DNA of 64,000 nucleotides from the human T2T-CHM13v2.0 reference genome, Homo sapiens. The notes beneath the pieces were generated by a model that was not told the DNA's origin, did no database searches, and worked only from the letters and a program-made list of their open reading frames with translations. Position numbers and translations under genes: made by a program. Positions 12,587 through 24,199 of the stretch are shown here, one piece after another (the first letter of the stretch is position 1; each line of letters opens with the position of its first letter). The stretch lies in assembly GCF_009914755.1 (NCBI RefSeq), contig NC_060948.1. One strand, 5' to 3'.

Positions 12587-13169
12587 TGTCTGAAGTGTTT
12601 GTGGCCTGGTGCCATAAAGAAATAGCACCCGAACATAAATTTAATCTATTTAGTAAGGCAATTTTTACTTCCTGTAAAAAGGGTATACACTCTCCAGCAG
12701 TTTTGTCACGAGAGTACACCGAACAAAGGTGACAGGGTCATTTATATCCTGATGCGTCCATCCTACTGCCGTGTCCAGTCTCCATCAGCTGGAATGTGAC
12801 CTCACATTCTGTATTTGTCCCGATTGGCCAGCAACTTGCAATGTTTTAAAAGACACAAAGGTATAGGAGAACAAAGGAAGGAGGAAGTAACTTGTGAGAT
12901 GTTGAGAAAGTTAAAAACACTTTTAAATAAGGAAGAAGAACACACTATGACCTAACGCTTGCTTGGACCAGTATAAGCATGCCAGGGCAAATATTTATGC
13001 TAAATTGTGGGAGCTAAGAACATAAAATACATTGATTCATTATGGTTAGCAGACATTTAAGAATGTTAGCACAGGTCTTTGAATAAATATTGCTTCTAAG
13101 AGAAGTTACTATTTATTCCTAAATGGGGAGGAAAGTCTTTGAAGAGGAACCTCTACTTTACTTCTTACA
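12587..13169 (-). mobile_element. ERV1 solo LTR, probably LTR10C (HERV-I group)
   Basis: Reverse strand starts tgtaagaagtaaagtagaggttcctcttcaaagac. TG..CA termini and perfect AACT TSD (12583-12586 / 13170-13173). Confidence 0.8.
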
Positions 13170-13962
13170 AACTTGAAGTCAAGTCCACTCCCATGAGCTT
13201 CAGATTGTCTTCCACTAGCAGCTGCCTGAGGCAATTTTGGGAAGCTCTTTCCAGCAAAATCAGCAGCTCTTGGTGACAATAGGTGGCCATTGAACTCTTT
13301 GCAACATTTCCAAGGAATAATTGCTCAAGCCAATTTTGTCCCATAAGGAGCTGACTCTGTTTTCTGCTTGAGAGTGTTTCCCATGTCTCTGAAATTTTAT
13401 GCACCTTGTTGTTCAGTCCTGTTGAAAGATCGGGAAGCCAACTTCAGTAATATTTTGTGCTATATGGTATATTCAACTTTTTCTTTAACATGTATACACC
13501 TATTACTGCTAAACTTCCAATAGCATCGTCTACATTTTGCATACATAAGATACTTACTTTGGATTCTTTGCTATGACTTACTTAGTGAAAGTTAAAAAGC
13601 AAATTGACTTATTTCTGACTCATGGAAAGAAAACAATACCAGTGTCTTTTGTTAAAAATTATTGAATTCCAAGGTAAAAAAGTGGAAAACTATTTTGATG
13701 TGTGCTATGTTAAAAATAATCAGCCAGTTCCCATAGACCATCTATATAGGAAGGATCTATAATGAATAAGGGATATAGGAAGGTGTTGAAGACACAAGCT
13801 GATTAAGTCACTGAAGAAAACCTCCAGGGGACTTTGTAAATGTTAACAAGGTAAGATGATTTTATAGCATTGATTTAATAAATGCATACTGAGGATTGTT
13901 GGGTGGTTTTGCCTGGGTTTCGTTTCTAGTGTATCCAGGCAATTCCTAAATGCCATCATAGA

Positions 13963-15128
13963 TTTTTTTATTATTATACTTTAAGTTTTAGGGTACATGT
14001 GCACAATGTGCAGGTTAGTTACATATGTATACATGTGCCATGCTGGTGTGCTGCACCCATTAACTCGTCATTTAGCATTAGGTATATCTCCTAATGCTAT
14101 CCCTCCCCCCTCCCCCCACCCCACAACAGTCCCCAGAGTGTGATGTTCCCCTTCCTGTGTCCATGCGTTCTCACTGTTCAATTCCCACCTATAAGTGAGA
14201 ATATGCGGTGTTTGGTTTTTTGTTCTGGCGATAGTTTACTGAGAATGATGATTTCCAATTTCATCCATGTCCCTACAAAGGACATGAACTCATCATTTTT
14301 TACGGCTGCAATAGTATTCCATGGTGTATATGTGCCACATTTTCTTAATCCAGTCCATCATTGTTGGACATTTGGGTTGGTTCCAAGTCTTTGCTATTGT
14401 GAATAGTGCCACAATAAACATACGTGTGCATGTGTCTTTATAGCAGCATGATTTATAGTCCTTTGGGTATATACCCAGTAATGGGATGGCTGGGTCAAAT
14501 GGTATTTCTAATTCTAGATCCCTGAGGAATTGCCACACTGACTTCCACAATGTTTGAACTAGTTTACAGTCCCACCAACAGTGTAAAAGCGTTCCTATTT
14601 CTCCACATCCTCTCCAGCACCTGTTGTTTGCTGACTTTTTAATGATCACCATTCTAAATGGTGTGAGCTGGTATCTCATTGTGGTTTTGATTTGCATTTC
14701 TCTGATGGCAAGTGATGGTGAGCATTTTTTCATATGTTTTTTGGCTGCATCAATGTCTTCTTTTGAGAAGTGTCTGTTCATGTCCTTCGCCCACTTTTTG
14801 ATGGGGTTGTTGGTTTTTTTTTTTTGTAAATTTGTTTGAGTTCATTGTAGATTCTGGATATTAGCCCTTTGTCAGATGAGTAGGTTGTGAAAATTTTCTC
14901 CGATTTTGTAGGTTGCTTGTTCACTCTGATGTTAGTTTTTTTTTTTTTTTTTTTTTTTTGGTGTGCAGAAGCTCTTTAGTTTAATTAGATCCCATTTGTC
15001 AATTTTGGCTTTTGTTGCCATTGCTTTTGTTGTTTTAGACATGAAGTCCTTCCCCATGCCTATGTCCTGAATGGTAATGCCTATGTTTTCTTCTAGGGTG
15101 TTTATGGTTTTAGGTCTAATGCTTAAAT
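13963..15128 (-). mobile_element. 5'-truncated L1PA3-like LINE-1 (ORF2 C-terminus plus 3'UTR)
   Basis: ORF track gives L1 ORF2 peptides ([10 protein letters not shown]..., [10 protein letters not shown]). 3'UTR reads ttaggagatatacctaatgctaaatgacgag. No clear TSD. Confidence 0.92.
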
Positions 15129-15855
15129 AATTATACAGTTGTGTAAATAAGAGTGATTTTAGATATTTCAGACAATCCAGAGCCACATAACTTCCCAAAA
15201 GTGAGGCTCTGGGACATGATAATACTTTACCTCCTCTTCCAGGCTCCATTGCCAGGGGTAACAAGAAAACTTTTGAAACGCAGACAGCCCTAACCTGCGG
15301 CACTCATGTCCTGGCTCCCACTGTGGCCTGGCATTCCATTTCTCTGTGTTTATCAGTCATACAATAGCAGTAGCTTACAGGTCATCACGCTTCACCTCCT
15401 GGACTCCAATAATCCATGGAACCCATCTGATGATTCATCTCCTTCCTGTATACAACCTCTGAAATTTTCTCATTGCTTCATGGAATTATGGAGATCTTGT
15501 TACTACTGCTTCTCAAACCCTCCCTCAAGGACATCACCTCCCCTGCAGTTATTTAAGATTCTGGGTTAAGTGGAGGGGTCATAAGAAGAAATGCCTTAAA
15601 GCCTTGGACTCTTAATGCTGGAATTAGCTTCCATGTTTGCCTTGTTCAAATTTCCACCTTCAGATCATTTGTCCTCTGGCTTCTTAAACCACCCAGCTTC
15701 GGATGTCATGGCATCTGATTTTATCAATTTCATCATTTTATGATCTTATGATATCAAATTATATCAACCTCCTATACTGACACCCAAGTTAGTACCAATT
15801 ATTTCTCAACATTGTTCCTCCTTCTTAATTTTCATCATCTCCTAATGAGGTTATT

Positions 15856-16156
15856 CTTTTTTGTTTTCTTTTGAGACAGGATCTAATTCTATGGCCCAGG
15901 CTGGAGTACAGTGGTGCAATTATGGCTCACTACAGCCTGGAACTCCTGAGGGCAAGTGATCATCCTGCCTCAACCTCTGGAATAGCTGGGAATACAGGCA
16001 TGCACCATGATGCCCAGCTAATTATTTTAATTATTTTGTAGAAACTGGGTCTACTATGTTACCCAGGATGTTCTCAAACTCCTGGCCACAAGTGATCCTA
16101 CCACCTCAGCCTTCTAAAGTCTTGTGATTACAGGTGTGAACCACTTCACCAAGCCC
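15856..16156 (-). mobile_element. AluJ-like SINE
   Basis: Reverse Alu dimer. Confidence 0.88.
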
Positions 16157-17030
16157 TAATTCTTGATATTAGGATATATACATGTAATTTTTCAACACAC
16201 TCACCTCTCAAATTCTCTAAAATCTTACCTCCAATACATTTTTCTATATTTTACCTAATTTCTTACGTATTATAAGTTCCAATAAGTACCACTCCTCTAT
16301 AATCTTAATAGCACAACTTCCCCTTTCTAATAACTCAAGTATTTGCAGCACACCACTACATTTTACTGAAATGCATCTTCTTTTCTTTTTCCTATTTCCC
16401 CACTGAAATCACATTGCCAAACCTCACAATCACTCCCACGGGGATTCCCTGAATCTCTTGCTTCCTTCTTGCTTTCTTTTAGACTGGGTTTTAACCACAA
16501 TTCTGGCTAAATAAAACTCCACCTACACTCCATTGGCCTTCATCTGTGCACACAAATAACCATACCAGCTGCTCAGACTTTATATTTGTGATTAATTAGC
16601 TCCAAGTTGGGATTCCAGGAGCTGTTGCTATACTTTCCCAGTCTATGAATACTTTAACTCCTTCTGAGAGCTGTTTTATAGTTTCTTTTCCTGGAATTCC
16701 AACACTTTTCTCTGCTAATCAGGAGATTAAGTTCTCTTTCATCAAGAGTAGGGAAGGGATGAGATACAAGCTTCCATGGGCTTCCACCTGCACATGCATC
16801 AAGCTACCGACATCTCAACCTACACACTCTTCCCTGTAGTTTCTTAATGTGGATGAGTGGTACATGTTTTCCTCTAAACATAATCCCTTTATCTGTGCAA
16901 TAGATTCTCTCTTCTCTTTTCCTTTCAAGGATACAGCTACTTAGCTCTTGCCCTAGTGAAACCTTTCCATCCAACAAACACATACATTTGTCATATTTTC
17001 TATAATTGTAAAAGAAATTATCTTGATCTT

Positions 17031-17713
17031 TGCTATGGTAAGAATTTTTGTGTCTTCTGAAATGTTTATGGTGAAATCATAAACCTCAATGCAATGTGTA
17101 TTAGTCTCTTCTTATGCTGCTAATACCCAAGACAAGGCAATTTACAAAGGAAAGAGCTTTAACTGACTCACAGTTCCACATGATTGAGGGGTAAGGCTCA
17201 CAATCATGAAGAAAGGCACATCTTATATGGTGGCAGGAAAAAGAGTTTCTGCAGGGGAACTCCCCTTTATAAAACCATCAGTTCTCATGAGACTTATTCA
17301 CTATCACGAGAACAGCATGGGGAATACCTACTGCCATGATTCAGTTATCTCCACTTGGTCCTGCCCTTAACATGTGGGGATCATTATCATTCAAGGTGAG
17401 ATTTGGGTAGGGACACAGCCACACCATATTACAATGGTATTTGGAGGTGGGGGCTTCATGTGGTGATGAGATCATGAGGGTGAATCCTCATGAATGGGAT
17501 TAGTATCCTTATAGAAGGCACCTCATAGAGCTCCCTTGCCTCTTCCACCAAGTGAGGACACAGTAAGAGGAGCAGAAAGCAAGTTGTCACTGAATCTGCC
17601 ATGTCTTCATCTTGGACATCTCAGGCCCCAGAACGGTAAGAAATAAATTTCTGTTGTTTCCAAATTATCCAGTCTAATGTATTCTGTTAAAACAGCCTGA
17701 GTGAGCTAAGACA
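17031..17713 (+). mobile_element. MLT1A-like MaLR LTR with a nested THE1
   Basis: tgctatggt...aacctcaatg and ggtatttggaggtgggg...gagctaagaca on either side of the THE1. Confidence 0.8.
17097..17431 (-). mobile_element. THE1 solo LTR
   Basis: tgtattagtc ... gggacacagccacaccatatta, with perfect 5-bp CAATG TSD. Confidence 0.9.
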
Positions 17714-18221
17714 ATCTCATTTTATCAGTCAGATAGTGGCACCAACCCCACTCCTTTCTTTGTGCTCCTATATCAGCAAAATTCCTCCATGATAGCTGTG
17801 TCTCCTCACCATGCCCCTGTTTTTTCCACCTGCCATTCTCTTTTAATAATGTCCATTCAAAATTTTCTACTACCTTTCTGAGAAGTTATGTAAAGGTCAC
17901 TGATAACGTCACAGTGTTGAATTCTATTTTCAATTCACAATCTCTATCTTGAAATGACTTGTCACTTCTGCATACTGGTCTTTAGGACAATACACTGCCT
18001 TGCTTGTGTGTGTGTTTCTTTTCCTACTATACCCATTGCTAATTCTCAGTTTGCCATTTCCTTTGCTTTTCCCTGATATTGTTAAATTCTGACTCAGTCT
18101 TTTACTGACATTCACTCCTTTCATACAGTGGGATGCCATTGAATGTCATCTACATATCAGAAAGACTCATTTTTTAATCCCTCTGCTACAAACTTATTTT
18201 CCAAACTCAATTTTACATGAC

Positions 18222-18691
18222 TAAGTTCACCCTTGAAAAGCATCGGTTTGAACCACATGAGTTCACACATGCATGAATTTTCTTCTACTTCTGACACCCC
18301 TGAGACAGCAAGAACAACCTCTTCTCCTTTTTCTCTTCCTAATCTTCCTCTTCCTCAGCCTACTCAATGTGAAAACAATGAAGATGAAGACCTTTATGAT
18401 GATCCACTTCCACTTAATAAATAGTAAATATATTTTCTCTTCCTTATGATTTTCTTAATACCATTTTCTTTTCTGTAGCTTACTTTATTGTAAGAATACA
18501 GTATAGCAGTATGTAATGCATAGATCATACAAAATATGTGTTTATTGGCTGTTTGTATTATCAATAAGGCTTCTGGTCAAAAGTACACTATTAAGAGTAG
18601 AGTTCCGGGGCAGTCAGAAATTAAATGCAGACTGTTGATTGTGAGTGGGGATCCGTGTCCCTAATCTTTATGTTGTTGTAGGGCCAAATTT
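18222..18691. mobile_element. Tigger2a/MER28-like DNA transposon derivative
   Basis: Degenerate TIRs (agttcacccttgaaaagca ... tgttgttgtagggccaaatt) and internal gatgaagacctttatgatgatccacttccac. Confidence 0.8.
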
Positions 18692-18961
18692 ACTTAAAAT
18701 AATTAAATTTGCTTAGCACCATTTTTCATGGCCTCCAAAAAATTGCCAGGTGTCATATGAAAGTTTCCTTGTTATTTCTGAGTATTTTCTAATTTCCATA
18801 TTTATTTTCAGTTGGTAAAGGAACTACTTAGAACTTTCTTTCTTAATTTCAAACATTTTAGCGTTTTTTTCTAGTGGTGAAACTTTGTGTTCAGAGAAAA
18901 AAAGTTGTTGAAGTTATTGAACTTTGCTTTACAGCCCAGGATGTGGTCTGTTTGGTGGTCT

Positions 18962-19449
18962 CGTCAGGCCTCTGAGCCAAAGCTCAGCCATTATAGCCTC
19001 TGTGACCTTCACATATACATCTAGATGGCCTGCAGGAGCCAAGAAGTCTGGAGCAGCTGAAAAACCACAAGAGAAGTGAAACAGCCAGCTCCTGCCCTAA
19101 CTGATTGACCGACCTCATGACATTCCACCAACTTATGACATTCCACCATTATGACTTGTTTCTGCCTTGCCCAAACTGATCAATTGATCCTGTGACATTC
19201 TTCTCCTGGACAATGAGTCTCATCATCTCTCCACCAGGAACCATGTGACCCCCTCCCCTACTGAAAACAGACAACCACCTTTAACTCTAACTTTCCACTG
19301 CCTACCCAAGCCCTATAAAGCTTCTCCTCTCCTATCTCCCTTCTCTGACTTTCTTTTCAGACTCAGCCCACTTGCACCCAACTGAATAAACAGCCTTGTT
19401 TGCTCACACAAAGCCTGTTCACGTGGTCTTCTATATGGACACGTGGACA
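18962..19449 (+). mobile_element. LTR7C-like (HERV-H) solo LTR
   Basis: gtcaggcctctgagccaaagct start, cctataaa TATA, aataaacagccttgtttgctcacacaaagcctg end. Confidence 0.85.
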
Positions 19450-19786
19450 TATGCCCAAGTTGGTCAGAGTACAGTTTGGCTTTACACACTGTAAGGAGAT
19501 GGGAGACATCAATCAACATATATGTAAAATAAACATTGGTTCAGCCTAGAAGGGTTCAAGTCGGGAGGGGTCTTCTAGGTTGGAAGTAGATAGGAGATAA
19601 ATGGTTGCATTCTTTTGAGTTTCCGATTAGCCTCTTTAAAGGAGAAAATCAGATATGCATTTATCTCAGTAAACAGAGGGAAGACTTTGAATAGAAGGGG
19701 AGGCAGATTTGCCCTAAGCAGTTCCCAGCTTGACTTTTCCATTTAGATTAGTGATTTTGGAGCCCCCCAGATAGTTTCCTTCCACA
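19446..19786 (-). mobile_element. MER4A-like LTR fragment
   Basis: gacatatgcccaagttggtcagagtacag ... gcagttcccagcttgacttttcc ... ttccttccaca. Confidence 0.8.
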
Positions 19787-20855
19787 GTTATTATTTCACA
19801 TGTTCTAAAGAATGTGTATTTTACACTGTGGATGTAAGGTTTTATAGATTACAAGACTAGTTTACTAATCATGTATTCCAATTTTAAATATTTATAACCT
19901 TCTACTGATTCTTTGTCTAGTTATTTTATCAGTTCCCTAGAGAAGTTTGTCAAATCCCCTATTATGTTATGGGTTTCTCTAGTTTCATTTTTTGAGTTTC
20001 TGCAGCTAAATTTCCAAATGGCACTTATTAATTCAGAATTTGAGTAACTTTTGCTGTTAAGTAACGGCATTGCTGCTGATTTTGATTCTTTGAAAGGACT
20101 GCAGTTGGACTTAAAATCAAAGGAAGAAGTTTGGTAGGGGAAATAAGCAAAGAAAAAATGGTGCTTTGAGGAAATGGCTTCCTCTTTTACACGTGCTAGA
20201 ATTTGAAAGGTTTCTATGGGAGGGGGAAGAAGAGAGTTGTCCCCTAGCAAGTCTGCCATCTGTCACCCTTGGAATGTGTGCAGATGATTTCAGACTCTGG
20301 GAAAGCAGCTGAATATTATTATCTTCCTGGTACAACTGATGCACTGATAAATTATGAAATGAGCATAAATAGCTGGTGCCAAATGTGATATAGTCTAAAC
20401 ATCCATTATAACTTAGCTGCAATTATTTTCACAGTGAGACTGTGCTGCCTGTGCTTTTTCCAATTCTGTAAACTTTCCAGGAATTTTATCTTATGTCCCT
20501 GAAAATGTTTGAGCATTTCACTAGGAGTTCCTTGAATTCCCATCCCATCACTAGCTTCTGCGGATGCAAACCCTCATCTACAATTTGTTTCCACTATATT
20601 TCCATGCAATCAGTTTCTCCCATGTTTTATACTTCTTACTCCTCAAGCTCAGAGACAATTTAAACAGAATACTCCTCTTTCTTTGAATTGTCATTCTGAT
20701 CACAACTGGTTTAGTGACATGGCTGCAAAGTAGGTATACAGTTCTTGAAACCCTGTCTTCTTTATCTTCACTTTTTCACTGCCACCTTGTTAAGCACTGT
20801 CATTCATAAAGCTTTGTTCAGATAATTACGTTTTTAATGTAATAACTTGCAATAT

Positions 20856-21485
20856 TGACTGGAGAAGCTAGCTAGGTTTCCTGGGTTGAGTAGGGGCTCA
20901 GAAAGCTGTGAAACTCACTGATTTCCTGCATTAGGAATTGTTTCCATCCTGGATGGATAGTATTGAAGATATATGCTTAAACTATTCCTAACACCAGGAT
21001 TTGTGCATGTGTTTTCTTCCCCAAGAAAGCTATAAACAGGAACAATTTTGCTGTAAGTTTTCCTGTGTCCTCTCTCCCTCTCTGCCTTCCCCCTCTCCCA
21101 AAACTAAAGTAAAAGGAATGTTAGCTGTCCACTTTTCTGTGACCAGCAGACCTTATCTATGCTCTCAATTCCAATTCCTTGTAAACATACTTTGTAAAAT
21201 CCTGTAAAATCCTGTCTCCTTTGCCATGCTGTGGCAAGGTCATAAAGTAGATAAAACCTAAGTTGCACGTATTTTCCACCTTATGGAGTTTAAAAGGCAT
21301 TCATATACTCTAATTCTGGCTACACATTTGGGATCCCTTCCATGCTGTGGAAGCTTTATACTTTCACTCTGCTCAACAAAACTTACAGCTTTTTCTCTCT
21401 ATCGGGCCATGTCACTATCACTTGCCCAGGTTCAGCCACCACACCAATTCTTTGGCATGGCTAGGCAACAACCTTAGCTGTGACA
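20856..21485 (+). repeat. 5' LTR30 (carries an 84-bp deletion relative to the 3' LTR)
   Basis: Direct repeat of 29345-30052 with TG..CA termini. Confidence 0.93.
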
Positions 21486-21488
21486 TTT

Positions 21489-21506
21489 CGGTGAGCCAGC
21501 CAGGAG
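21489..21506 (+). promoter_or_regulatory. Primer-binding site complementary to tRNA-Arg
   Basis: cggtgagccagccaggag is a 16/18 match to TGGCGAGCCAGCCAGGAG, 3 nt after the 5' LTR. Confidence 0.88.
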
Positions 21507-22821
21507 GCTCCAGGAAAAGCACCTAGATCTTCAGGTGGTGGGTATGATTGGACTTATTTCTCTTGCTATTCTGTTGTATCCTTCCTTAGAATTAGGAGGA
21601 TAAAAACCAGTTGGCCACTTAGAGGCAATTAGCATGGCCACTGGACTAAAGACACGGATGTCAGGCTGTCTGGAAAAGGGCTCTCTAACAACCCACGACT
21701 CTTTGGGGTTGGGAGAATTTGTTCCCAGTTTTGCTTCCCATGGTGGTCCCAAAGTACAACTGGGAGTGCTCAGTGAACATCTTAGTCTCCCAGATACCCT
21801 GGTTGAGACCATGGTCCCACCAGAGTCTACCCCTGCAGAGGTTACTGAGCATGAGACATCTTCTGACTCCTGCCTCCTGGGTCCTTATGTCCAATGGCTA
21901 AACTTCTTTCCTCATCTCACAAGTAGGTTATTCCTGCTAGGCAGGATCAAGATTCCCTATTTAGAAGTCTTAAATTCTTGGGGTGGTGCCCAGAAGACCT
22001 CTGTTCATGTTGCCCTCTGGGATTTAGGCAGGTGTCACCATTTGATGGCCACTTTGAAAGGCCAGTCCCCCATCATAGTGTATGGCCACCCACATCAGGA
22101 CAATTTAAAGACAGGTCTGTAATTTTCATGTGGATAGTAGAAGCCTTAGGGCATTTCCACCATTGCTCCCCAGATAGGCTTTCTCCTACCTGGGGCCACT
22201 CAAGGACAATCTGTTGTGCATAGGCAAAGTCTTAGAGTTGTTGAATTGTTGTTTCAACCATTCAATAATTGGTAATGGAAGGGTGAATATACGGTCAGTT
22301 TGGACACATGATACTAGTACCACCTTGAAAGGGGGGCTTACTACTTTGATGGCAAGTGGGGACAGAAGGCTAGAGTACAGCAGCTGTTCTCTCGGCCCTG
22401 GCCTAGAGGACATCCACCACACCCTTAAAGCTTCTTAAGCCTCCTGTTGCTAATTCAGAGATTTCTCCTTGAAGGACAGTTTTGATGACCAGGCCCACAT
22501 AAATTGGGCCTTAGCATGCAAGCATCAGTGGTGCCCCGACCCAGGCCTTGTCACCCTGGAAAAGGTAGGATGTGTTGGAGGAAGGACCACAATAAATCCA
22601 ACAGTCCTTGTGCCCCATTTAGTGGTCAATGGGTGCATGGCAGGGGCAAAGGAAGTTTCCATCCTGCTGGTAAGCATGGTTAAATCCGGCAGGCGGAGGG
22701 CTCAGGAAATGCAGCCATGAGCTTTGAGCACAATAGGACCTGACCCTTGGGGGACACCCTAAGAGAAGAAGAGTCCCAGTACTAACCAGGGGTGTGGGCA
22801 TCTCTGTGTGTAAAATTCCAG

Positions 22822-24199
22822 ATGGGCTCCATACCTTCAAAACTGGACACCCCCTTAAGATGTATCCTGAATAACTGGGACAAATTCAACCCTGAAACCT
22901 TACAAAAGAAGCAGCTAATTTTCTTCTATACCACTGCCTGACCATGGAATTTCTTACAAAATGGAAAAACTTGGCCCCCTGAGGGAAGTATTAATTATAA
23001 TACCCTTCTACAGCTAGATCTTTTCTGTGAACAGGAAGATAAATAGAGTATAGTCCCTTATGTACAGGCTTTCTTTGCCCTTCATGACAATACTGCCCTG
23101 TGCCAAGCCTACAAGCTTTGCCAAAATGACAAAGGCCCACAGTTACCTCCATACTCACAGCCTCTTCCCTCAGCCCCACTCTCCTCCCCCACTGACTCTC
23201 CTCCATCCTGCCCCACTGAAGTGGTAAAGAGAATGTAAACTCCCCAAGCCAGGCACCCAAACTATGTCCCTTACAAGCAGTAGGAGAGGAATTTGGGCCC
23301 TTCCTTGTACGTGTCTCTTCACACTCTCAGACTTAAAACAAATAAAGTCAAACTTAGGGAAATTCTCAGATGAACCTGATAAGTATATAGATGCCTTGCA
23401 AGGATTAAGGCAGTCCTTTGATCTAACATGGAGAGATATAATTTTACTTCTTGATTAGACATTATGTCCTACTGAAAAGCAAGAAGCTTTAACAACAACC
23501 TGGCAATTTGGGGATCCGTGGTACCTTAGCCAGGTAAATGATCAAATGGCCCAGAAGGTGAGGGAAAAATTCCCCACAGGGCAAAAGGCAGTCCCTACTG
23601 TAAACCCTCACTGAGATACTGACTCAGATCCTGGAGACTGGAGCCACAGGCATTTGCTAAGTTGCATTTTGGAAGAGTTGAGGAAAACTAGGAAAAAGCC
23701 TATGAACTACTCAATGCTATCCACAGTTGTGCAAGGAAAAGAGGAAAACCCCTCAACTTTTCTACAAAGGTTAAAGGAGATCCTAAGAAAGCACACCTCC
23801 TTAGCTCTGGATTCCATGGAAAGCCAACTTATCATAAAGGATAAATTTATCACCCAGTCAGTGACTGACATTAGGAAAAAACTCCAAAAGTCTGCCTTAG
23901 GCCCAGAACAAAATTTGGAGGCATTATTGAACTTGGCAACCTCAGTGTTCTATAATAGGGACCAAGAGGAACATGCCAAAAGGGAAAAGCGATATAAGAG
24001 AAAGTCTCCAGCCTTAGTCATGGCCCTCAGACAGGCAGACCTTGGCAGCTCAGAGGGAACCAAAAGAGGAGTAGGACAGTTGCTGCCCCCTTACCCATGT
24101 CCAAGATGCCAAGGTAATCACTGGAAGTCACACTGCCCCAGAGGATGAAGGCCCTCTGGGCCAGAAGCACCCAGTCAGGTGATTCAGCAACAGGACTGA
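22822..24199 (+). pseudogene. gag: ERV gag, disrupted
   Basis: MGSIPSKLDTPLRCILNNWDKF start, capsid MHR-like QGKEENPSTFLQRLKE, zinc knuckle CPRCQGNHWKSHC, ends QQQD-TGA. Multiple stops and frameshifts. Confidence 0.9.

Noticed and set aside
14932-15303. 123-aa ORF joining flank to L1 ORF2 and ending in poly-Lys
   Set aside because: Chance read-in from flank into a truncated L1; the poly-Lys comes from the homopolymer expansion.
18233-18424. ORF with acidic tail ENNEDEDLYDDPLPLN
   Set aside because: Lies within the Tigger2-type remnant; not a cellular gene.
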